A stretch of 64,000 nt of DNA. It comes from Pyrinomonadaceae bacterium (GTDB taxonomy: Bacteria > Acidobacteriota > Blastocatellia > Pyrinomonadales > Pyrinomonadaceae). Of the stretch, positions 58,349 through 64,000 are shown piece by piece. The position numbers and the translations under genes are program-made. Location: positions 320,001 through 384,000 of the forward strand of contig JBKBYA010000001.1 of the NCBI GenBank assembly GCA_046313635.1, read 5' to 3'. The notes under the pieces were generated by a model. That model worked only from the letters and a program-made list of their open reading frames with translations. It was not told where the DNA came from and ran no database searches. The first letter of the stretch is position 1; each line of letters begins with the position of its first letter.

Positions 58349-58465
58349 TCAAAAACGACTGACCGCCCCGCGGTCAAAAATACAAAGATCGCGCCCGGCA
58401 GGCGCGACCTCTAAAATGATTTGACAAAATCATTCGAGCGACCGAATTTTAACATATCGATCTTG

Positions 58466-59260
58466 ATGACCACGAACGCCCCGCCCGCCCTCGACACCCC
58501 GACGCTCGCACGACTGCAGCGCCGATATCTCATAGGAATGGCGGCGATCGCGCCCGTTTCGCCGCTGCTCTACGCGCTTGGGCAGTACACGCGGCTGCGG
58601 GTCGGCGTGCTGCCCGACGCGGCCGGGCCCGACCGCGGCGTCGCGGGCGCGGGCACCAACGGCGAAGCTCCCACCAAGCTGCTCGTGCTCGGCGAGTCGA
58701 CCGTCGCGGGCCTCGGCGCTCGCACACACGAGCTTGCCCTCGCGGGCCAATTTGCGCGGCGGCTGTCGGCGGCGATCTCGCGCCCGGTCGAATGGCACGT
58801 CATCGGCCGCAGCGGCGTCACGGCGCGGCGCACCATCGACGAGCTCGTGCCGCTCGTGCCGGCCGACGAAGAGTTTGCCCACATACTGCTCGGGCTCGGC
58901 GGCAACGACGTGCTCCGGCTGTCGAGTCCCGTCAAGTGGCGTCGCGATATGCTCGAGCTGATCGGAATACTGCGCCGGCACAGCCCGCGGGCGACGGTTT
59001 TTATGACCAACTGCCCGATGGTCAGGCTCTCGCCCGCCATCCCGCAGCCGCTGCGGGCGATACTGTGGGAGCTGTCAAAGATGCACGACGCCAACGCCCG
59101 CGAATTTACCGCCGCCCTGCCGCACGTACATTACTACCCGCAGCCGCGCGACTTTAACAGCCAGGGCTTTTTTGCCGACGGCATACACCCCTCGGAGCAG
59201 GGCTACGCCGACTGGGCCGAGGCGATGATGCGGCACTTTGGCGCGATCGAAGAATGGTGA
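58466..59260 (+). CDS. SGNH/GDSL hydrolase
   Basis: LGESTVAG, GLGGND, DGIHPS. Confidence 0.9.
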   Translation: MTTNAPPALDTPTLARLQRRYLIGMAAIAPVSPLLYALGQYTRLRVGVLPDAAGPDRGVAGAGTNGEAPTKLLVLGESTVAGLGARTHELALAGQFARRLSAAISRPVEWHVIGRSGVTARRTIDELVPLVPADEEFAHILLGLGGNDVLRLSSPVKWRRDMLELIGILRRHSPRATVFMTNCPMVRLSPAIPQPLRAILWELSKMHDANAREFTAALPHVHYYPQPRDFNSQGFFADGIHPSEQGYADWAEAMMRHFGAIEEW

Positions 59261-59324
59261 ATGAGCGACTCCTTGCCTGTCGTTTGCGGTAGTGTTAGAT
59301 TTCGTTAGCTCCGTTCGAACTCAT

Positions 59325-60206
59325 ATGAATCAAGACGTGCCTGAGCTCCTAGAGAGTCTCGACGTGCCCTTAATCGAGGAAGAAGATGGCGTTGAGCGAA
59401 CCGACGACGTCACTCTTACACCAGGAAGTAATTCGGACTCACCTGAACTTGTTGAGAAGCACATTAGTGAAGATATTCGTAAACTCTACGACGTTTACAG
59501 CTACCGACATGCTGCCGCGATATTTAGAACGAGCTTCCCGACGGAGCTCGCTGAGCTGGAAGATGCCCTTCGGCAGTTCAGTTTGACGACGAGGGATATT
59601 GGAACTCCGGGTGGCAATGAATCAATAATTCCGAAAAAATTCTCCGACGTCTTAAGGCCGCATGAATGGAAAGAAACGAGAATCCAGGGCGACCTATTGA
59701 TTCGCCTAATTTCAAGCTCAAGCAAAATGATCAAGGTCAAGCCAGAGCATTGGAAAACGGCGGACGTCAAGACTATCGAAAACTATATTGATGGACACAA
59801 GATTGATTACGTAAAAGGACAGGTCGCATTCGACCTGGAATGGAATAGCAAAGATCAAACGTTCGATCGTGACCTTTATGCGTTTCGCCTTTTCCATGAA
59901 TGTGGTGTTATTAGCGCGGCAGCACTCGTTACCAGAAGTGAAAAACTCAACCCTGTATTTCCACACGTGCCGGTACTCGACAAGAAGGGAAACCAACTAA
60001 GGGATGAAAAGGGTAGGGTGAAAATGTGCAACACAAAATACGGCGCGAGTAGCACATGGATGGGAAAACTTCTCTATCGTATGAATGCAGGAAGGAGTGG
60101 CGGATGTCCTGTTTTGATTTTCGGAATTACGCCAAAAGTTATCGAAGATTGGCCGCCAAAGGAGGACCACGATGAAAGCGTCGGAGAGTTTACTGTCAAG
60201 GGTTGA
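59325..60206 (+). CDS. BglII/BstYI family restriction endonuclease-like protein
   Basis: GGNES, HKIDYVK, DLEWNSKDQTFDRDL, KYGASSTW, GGCPVLIFGI; lower GC. Confidence 0.85.
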   Translation: MNQDVPELLESLDVPLIEEEDGVERTDDVTLTPGSNSDSPELVEKHISEDIRKLYDVYSYRHAAAIFRTSFPTELAELEDALRQFSLTTRDIGTPGGNESIIPKKFSDVLRPHEWKETRIQGDLLIRLISSSSKMIKVKPEHWKTADVKTIENYIDGHKIDYVKGQVAFDLEWNSKDQTFDRDLYAFRLFHECGVISAAALVTRSEKLNPVFPHVPVLDKKGNQLRDEKGRVKMCNTKYGASSTWMGKLLYRMNAGRSGGCPVLIFGITPKVIEDWPPKEDHDESVGEFTVKG

Positions 60207-60879
60207 AACAGGTAAATACAAAACGATTTTAGCCGACCCGCCCTGGCAATTTCAGAACCGAACCGGAAAGATGGCGCCTGAGCACAGAAGGCTTATGCGT
60301 TATCCAACGATGACGCTGGATGAGATCATGGAGCTTCCTGTGAGCATGCTCGCTGATGATCCGTGTCACTTGTATCTCTGGTGTCCGAATGCTCTTTTGC
60401 CGGATGGATTAAAAGTAATGAAGGCATGGGGCTTCGAATACAAGAGCTATATCCTTTGGCATAAGGTCAGAAAGGACGGACATTCCGACGGCCGTGGCGT
60501 AGGTTTTTATTTTCGGAACGTTACCGAACTTTTACTTTTCGGCGTTCGCGGAACCAAGAATCGTCGTACGTTAGCACCGGCGAGATCCCAAGTGAACTAT
60601 ATCGCTACTCGAAAACGCGAACACTCGCGAAAGCCCGACGAGGTGTATGAGATTATCGAAAAATGCTCTCAAGGCCCGAGACTAGAAATGTTTGCTCGCT
60701 TCCCGCGGTTGGGCTGGGACGCATGGGGTAACGAGGATCTAACCGAGAATGAAAGCGTGGGTGTCGCTCTTCGTAAAGGTCACGTGGAACGCAATCTGCG
60801 TTTGGTTGAAGCGCCGAAAGGTTACTCGGGCGGTCGGATCGAATCAGTGAAAGACAGTACAGTCAGAAAGGTCGGCTAA
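60172..60879 (+). CDS. MT-A70 family N6-adenine methyltransferase
   Basis: ILADPPW, LYLWCPN, GFYFRNVTELLLFG, EHSRKP, LEMFAR, WGNE; SD AGGAGG. Confidence 0.92.
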   Translation: MKASESLLSRVETGKYKTILADPPWQFQNRTGKMAPEHRRLMRYPTMTLDEIMELPVSMLADDPCHLYLWCPNALLPDGLKVMKAWGFEYKSYILWHKVRKDGHSDGRGVGFYFRNVTELLLFGVRGTKNRRTLAPARSQVNYIATRKREHSRKPDEVYEIIEKCSQGPRLEMFARFPRLGWDAWGNEDLTENESVGVALRKGHVERNLRLVEAPKGYSGGRIESVKDSTVRKVG

Positions 60880-60898
60880 CTCCCGACTCCAATATGCC

Positions 60899-61102
60899 AT
60901 GCGAATCCTGTTAGCATTTTGTCTCGGCGTCTTAGTATCTATTTTAGTTGGTAGAGTATCTGTGGTCGAATCGGCTCAGGAAGCTCGAATTACGGGTGAG
61001 AGTGGCCACTTATACGGTGTCGAGGTCGTGGACCGGAAGGGCCAAACGATTTGTATTGGACCGCATTGGAGTAAGGCTGATAAAGAGATTACCTGTAGGT
61101 GA
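60899..61102 (+). CDS. Small exported/membrane protein, 67 aa
   Basis: N-terminal hydrophobic helix, two Cys in the mature part; 19 bp after the MTase stop. Confidence 0.5.
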   Translation: MRILLAFCLGVLVSILVGRVSVVESAQEARITGESGHLYGVEVVDRKGQTICIGPHWSKADKEITCR

Positions 61103-61107
61103 TATGC

Positions 61108-61141
61108 AAAAAAACGGCGACGTTCGCCGGAACGTCGCCGT
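61108..61141 (-). terminator. Rho-independent terminator on the minus strand
   Basis: Perfect 12-bp stem ACGGCGACGTTC / GAACGTCGCCGT, with an A7 run on + (U tail on -). Confidence 0.75.
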
Positions 61142-61215
61142 CTTCATGGACAAGGAAAGCGACCCCATTTTTTATCGCTTTCGCTTGAGTGAGCACGCAA
61201 AGGCGAATACGGCCG
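61108..61215 (-). ncRNA. Candidate small RNA of about 105 nt
   Basis: TTGATC-16-TATAAT at 61249-61222, internal GAAAGCGA/TCGCTTTC hairpin, strong terminator. Confidence 0.4.
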
Positions 61216-61261
61216 GTGAGAATTATAGTCATTGGGCCACAGCGATCAACAAAAATCTGCT

Positions 61262-61438
61262 CTCGACCGCCCCGCGCTCGTCTATCTCGTAGCTCCCGCC
61301 CTTGCATTTCATCGCGACCACGAGTTTTTTGCCGCTGCGATCTCGCCCGAGATCGAGATGTGGCGTTTTGAGCTGCACGAGGACTGGCGGCGGGAGATCA
61401 AGGTGATCGGCCGGCGTGGCGGCGAGAAAAAGCTTTGA
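61262..61438 (+). pseudogene. 3' remnant of a host-like gene truncated at the islet boundary
   Basis: GC returns to host level; protein-like frame LDRPALVYLVAPALAFHRDHEFFAAAISPEIEMWRFELHEDWRREIKV lacks a credible 5' part. Confidence 0.5.
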
Positions 61439-61506
61439 GCCCGCGAGTGAATCGCTTACAATCTCGGCAAAATTCAATTCGATCCCCAACTCTTCGAGGT
61501 TCAAAT

Positions 61507-64000
61507 ATGCAGGAAAGAGCGAGGCGTTTGATGTTGGCGGCGATGGTGTCGGCGGCGGTTTTCGGCGCGGCGGCGTGGCTCGGCTCGGGGCCGGCCGCCG
61601 GGGCGGCGGCGGCGGAGAAGGGCGGCGAGACGGCGGTCGTCTTCAGCAATCCGGAGCCGATCGCGATCAATACCGTGCCGAGCGGGACGACCGCGCCGAC
61701 TCGGGCCGCACTCTACCCGTCGACGATCGCCGTGAGCGGGATGACCGGCACGGTCACAAAGGTCGAGGTGACGCTCAAGGGCCTCTCGCACGCGCTGCCG
61801 CTCGACGCAGACTTTTTGCTGGTCGGGCCGACGGGGGCGAAATTCATCTTTTTGTCGGACTCAGGGCCGTTTGCTCCGGTGGACGACCGGGTCTATACGT
61901 TCCGGGACGACGCGCCGACGACCTTTCGCGAGGAGTCGGGCGCGTACCGCCCGACGAGCGGCGACGCGGCGACCGACACCTTTCCCTCGCCGGCTCCGGC
62001 CGGGCCTTACAGCATCCCGCCGGCGGCGACATTCGCGTCGGTCTTTAACGGCACCGACCCGAACGGCACATGGTCGCTCTACGCCGTGGACGATCAACTG
62101 ACGTGGCCTGGCGAGATCGTCGAGGGCTGGTCGATCACGGTCACAACGACCGGCTCGCCCGCGACGGCGTTTGCAAACACGAGCACGATCGCTCTCGGCG
62201 ACATCGTCGCCGTCGCGACGCCGTACGGCTCGACGATACCCGTCAGCGGCCTGTCGGGCGTGATCTCAAAGGTGACCGTCACGCTCAACGGCGTCTCGCA
62301 CACGCGGCCCGACGATATCGACATCCTGCTCGTCAGCCCGAATGGCCGCGGACTCGTGCTGATGTCGGACGCTGGCGGCAGCCAGACCGCGACAAACGCA
62401 AACCTCACGTTTGACGATGCGGGAGCGACGACGATCGGCACGGTCATGACCGGCACATACCGGCCGACGGACAACGTTTCTGAGGGGACCAACGACTCCT
62501 TTGCGTCGCCCGCCCCGATGCGTCCCTACTTTCAGGGCGGTTCGCCGCTGAGCGTCTTTAACGGCTTCAGCCCGAACGGCGAATGGCGGCTCTTCGTCGT
62601 GGACGACGGGCTCGGCAACTCTGGCTCGATCGCCGGCGGATGGAGCCTCGATATCACGACCGTGCCCGCGCCGCCGCCGGCACAGGCCGCCTGCGCTGTG
62701 CCGTCATTCAGCCCGACCAATTTCGGCGTCGGAATTAACCCGACCGGCGTCGCGGTCGCAGACTTTAACGGCGACGGCAGCACCGATCTCGCCGTTACAA
62801 ACCAGGTCTCGGGCGACGTCTCGATAATGATGGGCAACGGCGGCGGCGGATTTTCGCCCGGTCAGCCGGTCACCGCCGGCTCGAGCCCGTACGCGGTCAC
62901 GGCCGGGCGGTTCAATGCCGACAACTTCGTCGATCTCGCGGTGGCCAATTCCGGCTCCAACAACGTCTCGGTCCTGCTCGGCCACGGCAACGGCCTTTTT
63001 GCCGCGCCGGTCAGCTTCGTCGTCGGCCCGACGCCGATCTCGATCGCCGCCGGCGACGTCAACAACGACTCAAAGCAGGACCTGATCGTGGCGAATTTCG
63101 GCAGCTTTTTTGCTGGTTCGGTCTCGGTGCTGCTCGGCAACGGCTCGGGCGGGTTTGCGGCGACCAGTTCGGTCCGTACGAGGACGCAGCCGTCATTCGT
63201 TTACCCGGCGCTGCTCAACGGCGACGGCGACCTCGATCTGATCGTCTCGAGCTTCGGCTCAAACAGCGTGTCGACATACTTTGGGCTGGGCACCGGGAGC
63301 TTTCAGCTCAGCCAAAATCTGAATACCGGCTCGGGGCCCGTCTCGATCGCGATGGCCGACCTTACCGGCGACGGCGTGCGCGAGCTGCTCGTGACAAACT
63401 TTAACGGCGACTCGGTGACGACGTGCACGGGCACGACGAACGGCAGCTTCACGTCATGCTCAAACTCGGGCGGCTTTGGCCCAAACCCGATCTCGATCGC
63501 GACGGCGCAATTCACCGGGCCGGGCGTCAATTCGTTCGTCGTCGCGCTCAGCGGCGCGAGCGCGGTGCGTACGAGCTTTGCGACCGACACCTCGACCGGT
63601 CAAAACCCGAACGCCGTCGCGACCGGCGACTTCAATTCCGACGGCAAGCCCGACATCGTCTCGGTCAACTCGGGCTCTAACGACATTTCGGTCCTGATCA
63701 ACCGCTGTCAGGTCGCGCGCGGGAACTATTTCGATTTCAACGGCGACCGCAAGACGGACTACTCGGTCTTCAGGCCGGCCGGTGCCGCGTGGTGGATACA
63801 GGGCCTGTCGAGCGGCAATCCGGCATACAAATTCGGCCGACCGGGCGATATGCCGATGCCCGCGGACTACAACGGCGATCTCAGGACGGACGCCGCATTC
63901 TATCGTCCGGAGACGGGGCTTTGGTTCGTCATCGAACAGTCCGGCCGCACGATCTACCAGCAGAAGTTCGGCTTCACCGAGGACGTCCCGGCGCCGGCCG
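61507..64000 (+). CDS. Secreted protein with two proprotein-convertase P-like domains and FG-GAP repeats (3' partial)
   Basis: Manual translation: MQERARRLMLAAM... signal; YPSTIAVSG..VTKVEVTL..LLVGP..NGTWSLY twice; DFNGDGSTDLAV-type repeats; DFNGDRKTDYSVFRP domain. Confidence 0.85.
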   Translation, partial: MQERARRLMLAAMVSAAVFGAAAWLGSGPAAGAAAAEKGGETAVVFSNPEPIAINTVPSGTTAPTRAALYPSTIAVSGMTGTVTKVEVTLKGLSHALPLDADFLLVGPTGAKFIFLSDSGPFAPVDDRVYTFRDDAPTTFREESGAYRPTSGDAATDTFPSPAPAGPYSIPPAATFASVFNGTDPNGTWSLYAVDDQLTWPGEIVEGWSITVTTTGSPATAFANTSTIALGDIVAVATPYGSTIPVSGLSGVISKVTVTLNGVSHTRPDDIDILLVSPNGRGLVLMSDAGGSQTATNANLTFDDAGATTIGTVMTGTYRPTDNVSEGTNDSFASPAPMRPYFQGGSPLSVFNGFSPNGEWRLFVVDDGLGNSGSIAGGWSLDITTVPAPPPAQAACAVPSFSPTNFGVGINPTGVAVADFNGDGSTDLAVTNQVSGDVSIMMGNGGGGFSPGQPVTAGSSPYAVTAGRFNADNFVDLAVANSGSNNVSVLLGHGNGLFAAPVSFVVGPTPISIAAGDVNNDSKQDLIVANFGSFFAGSVSVLLGNGSGGFAATSSVRTRTQPSFVYPALLNGDGDLDLIVSSFGSNSVSTYFGLGTGSFQLSQNLNTGSGPVSIAMADLTGDGVRELLVTNFNGDSVTTCTGTTNGSFTSCSNSGGFGPNPISIATAQFTGPGVNSFVVALSGASAVRTSFATDTSTGQNPNAVATGDFNSDGKPDIVSVNSGSNDISVLINRCQVARGNYFDFNGDRKTDYSVFRPAGAAWWIQGLSSGNPAYKFGRPGDMPMPADYNGDLRTDAAFYRPETGLWFVIEQSGRTIYQQKFGFTEDVPAPA

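Overview
GC-rich bacterial chromosome segment. The gene repertoire and protein styles suggest Acidobacteriota, probably Blastocatellia (inference). Most of the window is housekeeping or signalling: mazG, serS, galU, ribBA-like, tamB/bamA, queF, pyrE, truA, uppS, carD, two two-component systems, c-di-GMP enzymes, a TonB receptor and an ABC exporter. Two lower-GC accessory regions stand out. (1) About 5.5-16.3 kb holds a mazEF-type TA module and a polymorphic toxin locus: a split YD/Rhs gene without the canonical DPxG end, plus three toxin-tip/immunity cassettes joined by shared homology blocks (an HExxH metallopeptidase tip, its HSxxH paralogue and an M23-like tip). The cassettes are separated by a 306-bp inverted-repeat element, an IS3 and an IS256 remnant. 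The Rhs gene carries a 28-bp duplication around a 33-bp insert. This is the geometry of a type I-E Cas1-Cas2 spacer integration, and the insert also supplies a stop, an SD and an in-frame ATG. (2) About 59.3-61.3 kb holds a BglII-like nuclease plus MT-A70 methyltransferase islet with a small exported peptide and a candidate convergent sRNA. Also notable are octamer-periodic palindromic repeats (one inserted in frame in an ABC ATPase) and an orphan LysW-like protein lacking EDWGE. No tRNA, rRNA or canonical CRISPR-cas locus was recognised. All calls are by eye; no searches were run.
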